A stretch of 61,666 nucleotides of DNA, the filler included, from Malassezia furfur (Eukaryota): the NCBI GenBank assembly GCA_052055015.1. It is 6 parts of 6 records of this genome, joined end to end, with 100 filler letters (N's around TTAATTAATTAA, not from the genome) between each part and the next. Parts side by side here need not be neighbours in the genome. Positions count along the whole stretch, not along the records: positions 1 to 10,252 come from JBQJIT010000397.1; positions 10,353 to 20,582 come from JBQJIT010000398.1; 4 more parts are not named here. One strand, 5' to 3'. This document shows, piece after piece, positions 1-11,199 of the stretch. A program made the position numbers and the translations under genes. The notes below the pieces were generated by a model, which was given only the letters and a program-made list of their open reading frames with translations, was not told the DNA's origin and made no database searches. Numbering within the stretch: the first letter of the stretch is position 1; every line of letters starts with the position of its first letter.

Positions 1-13
1 CCTAAACTACAAA

Positions 14-1128
14 TTACCGCGCGCCGAGCATCAGGACGAGCTCGTAGATCGAGAAAGTAACGATGGCATTGGGAATCACGCGCATCAGGTGTGCGCTCAG
101 GCCGCCATAGAGCCCAACAAGCCCCTCTTCGCACCACACCAGCTGGAAGGTGCGGAGCAACCCTTGGTATTTGAGTTGGCCGTGCTCGGGCTGCTGCCGG
201 AGCCGTGTGCGCACCACCTCGTGGGGGTAGGTGATCATGGTCGCGACGAGCTTCGCGGTGCCCGCGGCACCGACCGTGTGCACCCAGCGGGGTGTGTCGT
301 TCGTGCGCGCGTTGTACCGTTTCAGGCGCTCGTACAGCACCCACTGGATCGTGCTCTCCGACACGCCGAGGTACGACGCACTCAGCCCGCGGTACAGCCC
401 ACGGATGCCCTCGGTGCGCACAATGTTGAGCGTGAGCCGGAGCGCGTTGGTGCTCGGGTGCTTGGGCGGCCGAGTGGGCTGGAAGAAGCGGCTGTCGCGC
501 AGTGGCGAGGTGGTGAGCGAGCGTGTCTGCCCCGCTGGCCCCGTGGTGCGTGTCGGGCGCGCGCCGCGGTGCTGCCCGACGGCCTGCGCGCGCGCAGCGA
601 GTGAGCGAGCCTCGTGCTGCTGCGACTCGAGCTGGAGGCGTGTCTTGATGACCCAGATCGGGTTCGTGGCCGTGGCGGTGACGACGCCCGCGAGGGCCGC
701 GGCGGTGAGGTGTACCATGGGCGATTCCTTGCCGTGGTTGAGGTGTTCGGCAATGAGGCGCTTGCCGTTGCCGTAGGTATAAAAGTTGATGGCCCGTGCT
801 GGGATGACGCCGACGAGCGTGGGGCCGAGACCCTTGAACAGGGCGCCTGATCCCTCGCGCCGCGCGATCTCGGCGAGGAGGCGCGCAGTGTCGACAAACT
901 GCATGCCCGCGCGGACCACGACGCCCGTGGCGCCCGTGCGCTCGACCTGCACGGTGCGCTGGCGGTACAAGTCGGATTGGAGGCGCGTCTTGACGACGTC
1001 TAATGGCGATGTGATGATTGCGCCGCACATTCCGCCCGCCCTGAGTGTCAGCTGGTGCGTACGTACCCGCCAGCAGCAAAGTGCAGCCATCCTGGGGGCG
1101 TGCGTGTGCGCTCTTGGCGCTCGCTCAT
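14..1128 (-). CDS. RIM2: Mitochondrial carrier, pyrimidine nucleotide transporter (Rim2/SLC25A33-36 family)
   Basis: Three carrier repeats with PxD/ExxK/R signatures (PLDVVKTRLQ, PIWVIKTRLQ, PHEVVRTRLR). ATG at 1128 (MSERQERTRTPPGWLHFAAGG), one 26-nt intron 1041-1066 (GTACGT..CTGAC..CAG). Confidence 0.85.
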
Positions 1129-1261
1129 CTTCGAAGAAGGGGGACAAAAAAGTGGCGGAGCACGTGCCACGAAGCAGAAGGCGAAAAAAGTGGTGCGGCT
1201 GCTTACGACGCTTAATCCACCCCCCGCCTTGCCTTCCTTTTTTTTTTGGGCGGCCGCGAAG

Positions 1262-2898
1262 ATGTGTGGGATCATTGCCGTGCTGCTCCAGCAAGGGCAT
1301 GCCGCCAGCGAGATCCACGAAGGGTTGGGACTGCTGCAGCACCGTGGCCAGGACGCCGCCGGGATCGTGACGTGTGGCAAGGGCGGCCGCTTTTACCAGT
1401 GCAAGGCGAACGGTATGGTGCGCGACGTGTTTGAGCCGCACAACCTCGCGACGTTGCAGGGCTCCATGGGTGTTGGACATGGTACGTTGCGAGATGGCTT
1501 ACCGTAGTGCGCTACCCCACGGCCGGCTCGTTTGCGCACAGCGAGGCGCAGCCGTTCTACGTCAACAGTCCGTACGGCATTGTGTTTGCGCACAACGGCA
1601 ACACGGTGAACCAGGACGAGCTGCGCAAGCTGCTGGATTCCGAGGCGCACCGGCACATCAACACCGACTCGGACTCGGAGCTGCTGCTGAACCTGTTTGC
1701 GTACCACCTGCAGAGCACGGGCAAGTTCCGTATCAACGAGGAGGACATCTTTACGGCGATCCAGCGTCTGATGCAGCAGGCCAAGGGCGGCTATGCGTGT
1801 GTGGCCATGCTGGCCGGCTTTGGCATCATTGCGTTCCGCGACCCCCATGGGATCCGCCCGCTCGGGATGTGCGTGCGGCGCTCCGAGCAGGGCCCCGAAG
1901 GCTCGCTGGACTACTGCTTTGCGAGCGAGAGTGTCGTGGGCGATGCGCTCAACTTTGAGCAGTTCTCCGACCTGGGTCCCGGCGAGGCGGTGATTGTGAC
2001 CAAGACGAGCCAGATGCGGCGGACGCTGGTGACGGTGCCTGCGCCGAATACCTTTACGCCGGACATTTTCGAGTACGTGTACTTTGCGCGCCCCGACAGT
2101 GTGATCGACGGCGTGAGTGTGTACCGGAGCCGGATGGCGATGGGCGACCGCCTGGCCGCGCAGGTGAAGCGCGAGCTGCTGGATGCCGGCGAGCAGATCG
2201 ACGTGGTGATCCCTGTGCCCGACACGAGCCGTGTGGCCGCGCTGCAGCTGGCGCAGTGTCTGCACATTCCGTACCGCGAGGGCTTTGTGAAGAACCGGTA
2301 CGTGGGCCGGACGTTTATTATGCCGGGCCAGAACGTGCGGCGCAAGAACGTGCGCCGGAAGCTGAATGCGATGGCGCTCGAGTTCAGCGGGAAGAATGTG
2401 CTGCTGGTGGACGACAGCATTGTGCGTGGCACCACCTCGCTCGAGATCATCCAGATGGCGCGCGACGCCGGCGCCAAGAAGGTGTTTATGGCGAGCTGTG
2501 CGCCGCCGATCCGCTTCTCGAACGTGTACGGCATCGACATGCCGAGCCGCGCCGAGCTCGTGGCGCACAACCGGTCGATTGCCGAGGTCGCCGAGACGAT
2601 CCAGGCGGACGCGGTGGTGTACCAGACGCTGGAGGAGCTGATTGCGAGCGTGCGTGGGCTGAACCCGGCCATTACCAAGTTTGACTGCTCCGTGTTCAAC
2701 GGCGAGTACGTCACGGGCGACGTCGACGAGGCGTTCCTGCGCCACCTCGAGCAGGTGCGTGCCGGCAACGACAAGGTGAAGAAGGCCGCGCAGAACATTG
2801 CGGCCGTGGCGCAGCCCGAGGCGGAGACCGTGACGAGCTGCAGCGGCCCGATGAACGGCGCCGAGGATATTGGGTTGTACAATGGATGGACGCGTTAA
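1262..2898 (+). CDS. ADE4: Amidophosphoribosyltransferase
   Basis: N-terminal MCGI (catalytic Cys), LQHRGQDAAG, GHVRYPTAG after removing 26-nt intron 1482-1507, PRT motif VLLVDDSIVRGTT. Confidence 0.97.
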
Positions 2899-2927
2899 AT
2901 AGGGAGTAAAAAAAAAACCGAGCTATG

Positions 2928-4777
2928 CTATGCCTGGCACTTGTCCCACCACCCCTGCTCGTTGCGCTTCGCCAGCGACGCGAGGAACTGGTCGAGCGGG
3001 CACAGGCCGTCGTCGCGCGTGTCGCACTGCGCCATCTGCCCGAGCGGCACAATCGCGTCGTTGAGGCGCATGCGCACGAGCGTGTCGTGCTCCGAGGCGC
3101 CGCACGCAAACGTCTCGAAAATGAGGCGCGCCGAGAACGGCACGACGTGCGACGTGCGGAACGCGCGCTGCGTGTCGTCGATGCGCGGCGGCTTCGCGAG
3201 CTCGCTCAGGCCGAGCGCCGCAATGACGCTCGTCAGCACCGAGTCGTGCGTGAAGTCGGCATACACCGCGCGGTCGAGCGGGAAGAGGTGCGGATCGGTG
3301 TTGAACGTGGCGTTCTCCGAGGTCTGCGTCGCGCGGTCCCACGGCGTGCGCGTCAGGCGGCTCACGAACTCGTTCACCCACCCGAGGCCCATCGCGGGCC
3401 CCGCCGCGGCGCCCGGGCCGTAGTCGTAGAAGAAGCGCTGGTCCCACGCATACTCGAAGCCGCGCCAGTCCTCCTCGGAGAACAGCGCACAGAACGCGCT
3501 CTGCCCGAACGCGACCGTGTCGTACGCACACAGCTGCTGCATGCCGTGCACCGTCTGCGCCGTGAGCTCTGCGCCGTGCACGTGCGACGCCAGGCGTGCG
3601 GTGGTGCGCGCGAGGTACTTTTCCACGTAGTCCTGCACGCGGAAGTTGTCTGCCGCGGCGCTGCACGCAAAGTTGGGCGCGAGCGTCGTGTTGAAGCGCG
3701 GCGCCTCGATCTGCACCTCGAAGTCCGTCTTGCTGAGCCAGTCGTTGCCAAAGAAGCCCGCGGCCCACGCCAGCGCACTGTCGAAGATGCGCTGCTGACT
3801 GCCCGTGCGCACAAACAGCTTCTTGCCGCTCGCCAGATCGCGCTCGACGAGGTGGCCGTAGTCGATCGCCGACTTGACGCCGGACATGTGCAGCTGCTGC
3901 CGCCCGAGCGGCACGAGCAGCTCGGCGCCGACGCGGTATTCGTACATGTTCATAAAGGTGAGCGGGCCGGTGAACTTGACACCGGGCGTCTGCACGAGCT
4001 CGCGCACGCGCTCGGTCGGCGCGCCGCCCGTGGGGTAGCGCGCGCCGTGGCGGTGCAGGATGTGCACCTGCGTCAGGGGGCACGTCCCGTTGGTGCCCGT
4101 CGGCGTCGCGAGGTGCTTGGCGTTGTCCACGCCGAACGACGCGGAAAAGTAGGGCGACAGCGGGCCCATGTGCTTGAACGGGTTAAACTTGGCGCCGAAG
4201 CCGGGCACGCCCGTCTGGATCGGCGACACGCCGCGCGTGCGCGACACCGGCACCATCTCCTCGGCGTATTCGGGCGGCACGCCCGTCTTGTACGAGCCGG
4301 GGTAGCCGATGTTGGTGCCGAGCGACGGCCGCGCGCGCGCCGCGTCCCACACCGGGGCGCTGGCCACGTTCGTGCTGCCGTGCGGCGCCTCGCTGGGGTG
4401 CGCTGCGCGCGGCCCAATCGCAAAGTAGAACACGCCAAAGAGCAGCAGCACCAGCGCCACGGCGCCGGCGGCCATCACGGGCCGGCGGAGCTCGGGCGGG
4501 AGCGCATCGAGGCGCAGCTGCGTCAGCCACTCTGGGCGCCCGGTCTTGTCGAGATCGTCGTCGTTATCGCCGATCGCCGCGGCGGGCGGCTTGAGCTCGG
4601 TCGACTCGTCCGCGTACGGGCGGTCCGTGTGTGCGGCCTCGCTCGGCACCGAGTGCAGTACGGGACGGCAGTAGTCGTCTGCATCGATCTGGTGGACGCT
4701 GCGTGAGTAGGGCTCACGTACATGAGGTGCTGCTCCTCCGCGCCGTCGTCCTCCAGGCTCCGGCGCTCGTCCCGCAT
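2928..4777 (-). CDS. Histidine acid phosphatase / phytase-like, type II membrane-anchored
   Basis: RHGARYP and HD (DFTHDS) motifs; one hydrophobic segment near the N-terminus. ATG 4777 is joined in frame via a 23-nt intron 4699-4721. Confidence 0.88.
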
Positions 4778-4855
4778 GGTGGTAGGATCACGTGATGCAA
4801 CGCGTCGGGGGAGGTGGAGGCGGCGAGTGTTGGTGCCGCCCAAGTGTTTGCGAGC

Positions 4856-5678
4856 ATGACGTCGATGCTTGGGTAGGTGCGCGCGCTGATCCAGAATGGC
4901 GCGTCCGTCCAACTTCCCGCCGCCGCGCATGGCGGCGCCCGAGGCGAGTCGTGGATTGTACGTCGCGTGGCCCGCACGCTTGCTCACCGCAGCCAGCTCA
5001 AAAAGCTCGCCGAGTCGACCCTCGGCAGCGGCAACCTAAGCGTCGCCGTGCGCATGCCCGAGGGCGAGCGCCTCGAGGAGTGGATCGCGGTGCACAGTAC
5101 GTGAGCGCATGCTGAACGCAGCCGTCGACTTCTTCAACCACCTGAATATCCTGTACGGCACCATCACGGAATTTGTACGTCCCCTTCCCCTCGGCGCCCC
5201 GTGCTGACACGCAGTGCACCCAGCGCGAGGTACGCACACAGCGCCTCGCCGAACGCCAGACTAACCCCTGCAGTGCCCCGTGATGTGCGCGGGACCGCGC
5301 TTCGAGTACCACTGGCAAGACTCCAACTCGGTCAAGTACCGCCGCTCGACGCGGCTCTCGGCGCCGGACTACATCGACTGCCTGCTGAACTGGACGCAGG
5401 CGCAGATCGACGACCCCACGCTGTTCCCCGTGACGCCCGAGGCGCCCTTCCCGCCGAACTTTGTGAACCGTGTCAAGATGATTCTGCGCCGCATCTTCCG
5501 TGTGTACGCGCACATCTACAACCACCACTTTGCGCAGATCTGTGCGTTGCGCCTCGAGGTGCACCTCAACACGTCCTACCGCCACTTTTTGTTGTTTGTC
5601 ACCGAATACCACCTCATCGACCCCAAGGAGATGATCCCCCTCGCCGAACTCAACGAGGCCATCCTCGAGGAGAGCTAG
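4856..5678 (+). CDS. MOB1: Mob1-family kinase activator
   Basis: Spliced protein has [53 protein letters not shown]. Introns 4873-4894 (less certain), 4958-4992, 5097-5121, 5175-5214, 5230-5273. Confidence 0.9.
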
Positions 5679-5691
5679 TTGCTGTAGACGA

Positions 5692-7158
5692 CTACTTGGC
5701 GCCCTCGCGCACGACGACCAGACAGCTCTCGAGCACGTCCATCGCCTCGTCGACCTCGGCGCGCGACGCCGTCAGGCTCGGCACAAAGCGCAGCGTGTCG
5801 CTCCCCGCCGAGAGGAGCAGCACGCCGCGCTGGCGCGCAAGCGCCACGACCTCGGCGGCGTGCGCCGCCTTCTTCATCGGCAGGCCGACGAGCAGGCCAC
5901 GGCCGCGCGCGCCGCTCTCGTGCACGAGATCGCCAAACATGTCGCGGATCAGGCTGAGCCGCTCAAACAGCTGCGACGAGCGCGCCGCAATGTTCTGGCG
6001 CAGCGCGTCCTCTGCGAGGCGGCCAAGCACATAGTGCGCGATGCGACACACGAGCGGGCCGCCGCCAAACGTCGTGCCGTGGTCGCCCACGGCGATCGCC
6101 TCGGCGATGTGTGGGCGCATGAGCACCGCGCCGATCGGGAACCCGTTGGCGAGCGGCTTGGCCATCGTCACAATGTCGGGGTGTGCGTCGAGCGGCAGCT
6201 CCGAGTGGCACCACATCGTGCCCGTGCGGAACAGGCCGCACTGGATCTCGTCGTAGATGAGCACCGCGCCGACCTCGTCGCAGCGGCGGCGCACCGCCTG
6301 CAGGAACGCAACGTCCGCGGGCAGCACGCCGCCCTCGCCCTGGATCGGCTCGAGGATGACGCCCGCGACGTCCTCGGTGATGAGCGAGTCGAGCCCCTCG
6401 GTCTTGTTCAGGTCGCCGACGCGCACATTGCCCACGAGCGGCTGGAACACCTCCTGGTACTTGGGGTTGGGCGTCACCGACAGCGCACCCATCGAGCGGC
6501 CGTGGAAGGCGTTGCGGAAGCACACGAGCCCCGTCTTGCGGTTCGGGCCGTTGGCGTACACGGACGCGGCCTTGCGCGCAAACTTGAGCGCGGCCTCGTT
6601 CGCCTCCGTGCCGCTGTTGGCCACAAACGCCTTGAGGTGCGGGCCCTCGGGCGCCATGGGCGCGCCGGGGCGCTCGCCCAGCCCGCCGTGCTCGTAGGTC
6701 ATCTCGACGAGACGGCTCACCATCTTGCCGCTCCACTCGTTGTAGTACAGGTTGCTGCAGTGCACCAGGCGTGCCGCCTGCTCGCCGGCGATGCGCGCGA
6801 CCTGCGGATCGGCGTGCCCAAGCGAGTTGACGGCGATGCCTGCGGTGAAGTCGAGGTACCGGCGGTACTGCTTCTCTTGGTTGCGCGTCGTCGGCATCTC
6901 GGCGTAGAGATCAAGCCCCTTGCCGTACGCAAACACGAGATCCGGCCGCTTGTACGTGCCGAGCGTCGTGTCGGAAAAGTCGCGGAGCTCCTCGGCGACG
7001 TTGGTGTTGGGTGCGGGGTCCGTGAAGTCGGGGTGCGTCGCTGTGACGTACTCCGTGCACGGCTCCAGGTTCTGTGTCGACTGGAAGCCACGTACAAGCC
7101 CGGGCGTGCGGCTGGACCGCAGCGCCCGTGCGCATGCAGCCTGCAGACGGAAGATCAT
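5692..7158 (-). CDS. ARG8: Acetylornithine aminotransferase, mitochondrial
   Basis: Class-III PLP motifs DFTAGIAVNSLGH, NSGTEANEAALK, FHGRSMGA, DEIQCGL, AKPLANG, HGTTFGG; Arg-rich presequence. Confidence 0.93.
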   Translation of the reverse strand: MIFRLQAACARALRSSRTPGLVRGFQSTQNLEPCTEYVTATHPDFTDPAPNTNVAEELRDFSDTTLGTYKRPDLVFAYGKGLDLYAEMPTTRNQEKQYRRYLDFTAGIAVNSLGHADPQVARIAGEQAARLVHCSNLYYNEWSGKMVSRLVEMTYEHGGLGERPGAPMAPEGPHLKAFVANSGTEANEAALKFARKAASVYANGPNRKTGLVCFRNAFHGRSMGALSVTPNPKYQEVFQPLVGNVRVGDLNKTEGLDSLITEDVAGVILEPIQGEGGVLPADVAFLQAVRRRCDEVGAVLIYDEIQCGLFRTGTMWCHSELPLDAHPDIVTMAKPLANGFPIGAVLMRPHIAEAIAVGDHGTTFGGGPLVCRIAHYVLGRLAEDALRQNIAARSSQLFERLSLIRDMFGDLVHESGARGRGLLVGLPMKKAAHAAEVVALARQRGVLLLSAGSDTLRFVPSLTASRAEVDEAMDVLESCLVVVREGAK

Positions 7159-7425
7159 GATGGTCGGGTCGCAACGAGCTTATCGGATGACTAGGAAGAA
7201 ATGGGCGAAATTCTCCACTCCGGCCCCAACATGTCCACAGGGTCCGTGCGTCGGTGGCCAGGCGCCACCGGTCGTCGACACCTGCACTGCACGCACACTG
7301 TGTTGCACACCGACATAGGCATTGCGGAATATTCGCGGAGCATGCACACTCTTGCGCCGCGCAGCGCGTAATGGAGCTACGATCCCGTGCCGGTTCGGCG
7401 CTACGTCGGTGGCGCTACTAGGGCC

Positions 7426-7894
7426 TTAGGCAGAATCCTTGCCGTCCAGGCGGCGGAGCACGCTCTCGCGCTTGCGCCGGTTCTCGGTGAGACCCTCGGC
7501 CCATGCCTCGTTCTTGGGCTTGTCGGTGCGCGTGCCCAGGCGGATATCCGTCGCGATGCGCTCGACGCCCATCGCGTGCACCGCCTCGTGGCACCGCTGG
7601 ATCGCGAGGTGCACGGTGGAAATCGGGCCCTCCAGGTTCGTCCCGTAGCCGCTGTGGTGAGCTGTGCAGGCACCTACTGCATCTGGGGTGAGCGCGCGCA
7701 ACACCTACCTCGTACACGATCCCGTCACCCTTCATGCCCTCCAGCACGCGCTGGCACTCGGCGATGTACTTTCCGACGGACGTCGTACCCGTACCCATAG
7801 GAATCACTGTGGTGAGCTGGACATTGCGTACGGCAAAAATCGCTGAGTGAGTGTGTTGCACGTACGCCACGGCATACAACTCTGACCCCGCCAT
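7426..7894 (-). CDS. ECM15: Thiamine-binding / UPF0045 (Ecm15-like) protein
   Basis: Spliced: MAGSELYAVADFCLIPMG..MHGYGTNLEG..TDIRLGTRTDK. Introns 7843-7865, 7807-7831, 7683-7708, 7652-7677; micro-exons of 11 and 5 nt. Confidence 0.82.
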
Positions 7895-7973
7895 GTTGGA
7901 GTGAGAGCGATGCCCCCCACCTCCACGTGACGGCCCTCTTTTTTTTTTTTGGACGCGGCGTGCCTTACGAGCC

Positions 7974-9404
7974 ATGTCGGAGGAGGCGCGGAGCGTGTCG
8001 AGCTTTGCGGCGCTGGGCATTTCCCAGCCGCTCGTGCGCGCACTCAAGATGCTATCCATTACAGTGCCGACGCCCATCCAAGCCGCGTCGATCCCTGCGA
8101 TCCTCGAGGGCCGCGACGTGATTGGCGGTGCCGAAACGGGGTCCGGCAAGACGCTGGCGTTTGCGCTGCCCATCCTGAACGAGCTGCGCCGCGATATGGT
8201 GGGCGGATTCGGGGTGATCCTGACACCGACGCGCGAGTTGGCCGTGCAGCTCCACGAGCAGTTCCTGGCGGTCGGCCAGGGTAGCCGCATGGGCCTCAAA
8301 TGCGCCTTGGTGCTCGGAGGGATGGATATGATGAAGCAGGCTACCGAGCTGGCCGGACAGCGGCCCCACCTAATTGTCGCGACGCCCGGACGTCTCGTAG
8401 ACTTGCTGCGCTCCGGTGGTGCTCAAGAATGGGGCCTGGAGCGCTGCAAGTTTGTCGTGCTGGACGAGGCCGACCGGCTGCTGTCGCCGACGTTTGCCAA
8501 CGAACTCGCGTATCTCTTTTCTATTTTGCCGCCTGCACGCATGCGACAGACGCTGCTCTTTACCGCGACACTCACGCCCGAGATCGAAAAGCTCACGCAA
8601 AAGAAGCCTGAGGCCGGCAAACTTCCGCCGCTGCTGCGCAAGATCGAGATGGCGACGAGCACGCCGGCGACGTTGACGCAGCAGTACGTCTTTGTGCCTT
8701 CGCACGTGCGTGAGCCCTACCTATACTACCTGCTGCACCATCCGCCGTGCCGTGCTGCGCCGCCACGCGCCGCGGAGCTGCCGGACGTATACCGCAAAGG
8801 CGCACGCAATGCGCCGCGCGAGGCGGCGCCCACCGGGCCTTCCGTGCCGCTCACCATTGTGTTTGCGGCGCGGTGCGAGACGGCCGAGCTGCTGTCGCGC
8901 ATGTTGACCGAGCTGGGCGTCGAGAATGTGTCGCTGCACTCGCTCCTGCCGCAGTCCAAGCGGCTGGAGCATCTGCAGACCTTCCGTGCGCGGCGTGTGC
9001 CGGTGCTCATCTCGACGGACGTGGGCAGCCGTGGTCTCGACATCCCCGACGTCGAGATGGTGGTGAACTGGGACGTGCCGGCGGCGTGGGAGGACTATGT
9101 CCACCGTGTCGGCCGTACGGCACGCAAAGGCAAAAAAGGCTGGGCGGTGAGCTTTGTGACGGAGCGCGACGTGGAGCTTGTGCACACGATCGAGGACAAG
9201 ATCGGGCAGCAGCTTGCAGAGCTCGAGCTGCCTGAGTCGCGCGTGCTCGAGGAGCTGTCGCAGGTGACGGCCGCCAAGCGCGTGGCGTCCATGGCGCTGC
9301 ACGACGAGCACTTTGGCGAGCAGCGTGAGCGGAACAAGAAAAAAGCCAAGATTGCGCAGGGCGATGTGTCCGGGAAACGCAAGCGGGCCAAGACGGGACC
9401 GTAG
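7974..9404 (+). CDS. DBP8: DEAD-box RNA helicase (18S rRNA processing)
   Basis: Q motif PTPIQ, AETGSGKT, PTRELA, DEAD, TAT, TDVGSRGLDIP, YVHRVGRTAR. Confidence 0.88.
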   Translation: MSEEARSVSSFAALGISQPLVRALKMLSITVPTPIQAASIPAILEGRDVIGGAETGSGKTLAFALPILNELRRDMVGGFGVILTPTRELAVQLHEQFLAVGQGSRMGLKCALVLGGMDMMKQATELAGQRPHLIVATPGRLVDLLRSGGAQEWGLERCKFVVLDEADRLLSPTFANELAYLFSILPPARMRQTLLFTATLTPEIEKLTQKKPEAGKLPPLLRKIEMATSTPATLTQQYVFVPSHVREPYLYYLLHHPPCRAAPPRAAELPDVYRKGARNAPREAAPTGPSVPLTIVFAARCETAELLSRMLTELGVENVSLHSLLPQSKRLEHLQTFRARRVPVLISTDVGSRGLDIPDVEMVVNWDVPAAWEDYVHRVGRTARKGKKGWAVSFVTERDVELVHTIEDKIGQQLAELELPESRVLEELSQVTAAKRVASMALHDEHFGEQRERNKKKAKIAQGDVSGKRKRAKTGP

Positions 9405-9443
9405 ATGTACACTAGCGACCCTATGGGTATCTTTTTTTTTTTT

Positions 9444-9990
9444 TTACGACGGCGGCGCTGGCCGTGCGATGGATGGCGGTGGGCGCGCAAGGTTGGGCGG
9501 CGGCACGGACACGTTGACGCCCGCGGGCAGCTTGGGCGGCGGCACGGACATGTTGGGCGGCGGGACTGCCATGTTGGGTGGGGGCACGCTCATGTTGGGC
9601 GGTGGGACGGCCATATTGGGCGGTGGGCGCATCATGTTGGGCGGCGGCACGCTGGGGTTGACGCCCGGTGGCAGTGTGGGCGGTGGGCGCGTGATGGGCG
9701 GCGGGCGCACCGGCCGTCCATATAGTCCGACGAGTTCCATGGGCGGCGGGTATCCGCGCTGCTGGTAGTCGCGCATCAGCGTATCGACCACGCCCTGGAT
9801 TTCCGACGGCGGAAGCGCTGGGTGAGCCGGAGCGACGTACACGCATAGTAGTCGCGCACATTCTGCAGATGGTTCTTTCCGCAGTTGTGTGCCTTGCGCA
9901 CCGATGTCGAGTCGTGGGTGAGGAAGACGTCGCAGTAGTCTGTGTGAGTGGGTCGCGCTTCCAGTACGCACCACAGTAGTGCTTCCCCAT
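9444..9990 (-). CDS. YHC1: U1 snRNP protein C
   Basis: Spliced zinc finger [30 protein letters not shown]; introns 9940-9971 and 9818-9840; Pro-rich tail. Confidence 0.92.
9525..9650 (-). repeat. 21-bp coding tandem repeat (PPPNMxV/R, about 5 copies) in the U1C tail
   Basis: Translation [35 protein letters not shown]. Confidence 0.85.
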
Positions 9991-10068
9991 CGCGCGCGTG
10001 GAGGGTGAAGCGAAAAGGCCACGTGCGGCATCGGGCACGGCGCCGGCCCCAGGACGCGGTGCCCCACC

Positions 10069-10252
10069 ATGTCACAAAGTCTGCTTGCGCACCTGCAGCA
10101 TGGCCTGATTCGCATTGCAACCGTGCCGCCGCGTGTGCTCACGAGCCCGCCGTCGCAGCCGCGCCGCGCGAGTGTCGCACTGATCGTGCGCGTGCGCCCC
10201 GCGCCCGAGGACGAGTCGTGGCTGCGGGCGAAATGGCGCTACGGCGAGGTGA
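10069..10252 (+). CDS. 5' fragment, probable fungal Nudix hydrolase (truncated by contig end)
   Basis: [17 protein letters not shown] resembles the N-terminus of fungal Nudix (CoA-pyrophosphatase-like) proteins; no Nudix box is visible before the gap. Confidence 0.45.
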
Positions 10253-10352
10253 NNNNNNNNNNNNNNNNNNNNNNNNNNNNNNNNNNNNNNNNNNNNTTAA
10301 TTAATTAANNNNNNNNNNNNNNNNNNNNNNNNNNNNNNNNNNNNNNNNNNNN
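10253..10352. other. Artificial contig linker
   Basis: N44-TTAATTAATTAA-N44; the 12-mer puts stops in all six frames. Confidence 0.98.
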
Positions 10353-11157
10353 CGTCGGTGAACACGATGCCGGGGCTGTCGAGCAGGCGCACCTGCCGGT
10401 CGAGCATCACGCCCTGGACGACCTTGGTGTGGCCGGGCGTGGCCGCCACGCTGCAGACGCGCGAGCGCTTCAGCGAGTTGATCAGGCTCGACTTGCCGAC
10501 GTTGGGCGCGCCGATGGTGCCGACTGTGATGCTCGACTTGAGGTTCAGGTTGCGCGAGTAGTTCTTGATGAGCTGCAGGATCGCCTTGGTGCCGGCGGCC
10601 TCCGCGCCGTTGGCCAGCGTCGCGTCCGAGTCGGCGCTCGGCACGACCAGGGCGGGCCCCTGGCCGAGGTGCGTGCGCTGCTGCTGCGTGGACGCCTTGA
10701 ACGGCAGTGTGGGGAACTCGTGGCGCAGGTACGCGAGCCACGCGCGCGTGTTGGACGCGGGCACGAGGTCAATCTTGTTCAGGATCAGCACAATGCGCTT
10801 GCCCTGGCGCTGCGCCTCGCGCTCCAGCGCGTACGCGCGGCACCCGAGCGGGTCGCGCACGTCGAGCACCTCGAGGATCACGTCGGCGTGCTCAAGCACC
10901 TTGCGCAGCTCCTTCATGTACGCCTTCAGGCTGTTGTCGCGCTCGGTCAGCTGCGCGAGGCGCGTGCGGGCGGCGAGCGCCTCGTCCGCCGCGTCGTCCG
11001 CGGGCGCGGGCGCGTCCACGCGGTCAAGCTGCAGCAGGTCCGCGTTGGTCTGCTTCGCACAGGCGATGCGCCCACGCCGCGGCAGCGCCGGGCGCTTGCC
11101 CTCGGCGGGCGCGCCGGGGCGCGCCGTTTTTTTCGGTGCGCCGCGCTGCTTGCGCAT
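10353..11157 (-). CDS. NUG1: Nuclear circularly permuted GTPase Nug1/nucleostemin, 3' truncated
   Basis: KVLEHADVILEVLDVRDPLG, G4 NKID preceding G1 GAPNVGKSS and G3 DSPG. Confidence 0.88.
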
Positions 11158-11199
11158 GGTGGAGGTTGCGTCGGACGCGGCGCCCAGCTTTCTTCTTCG

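Noticed and set aside
14..1480. ORF-track N-terminal extensions (RIM2 488 aa; ILV1 from 10429; NRPS from 17184)
   Set aside because: They read through introns, promoters or the neighbouring gene's antisense strand; spliced or downstream starts fit better.
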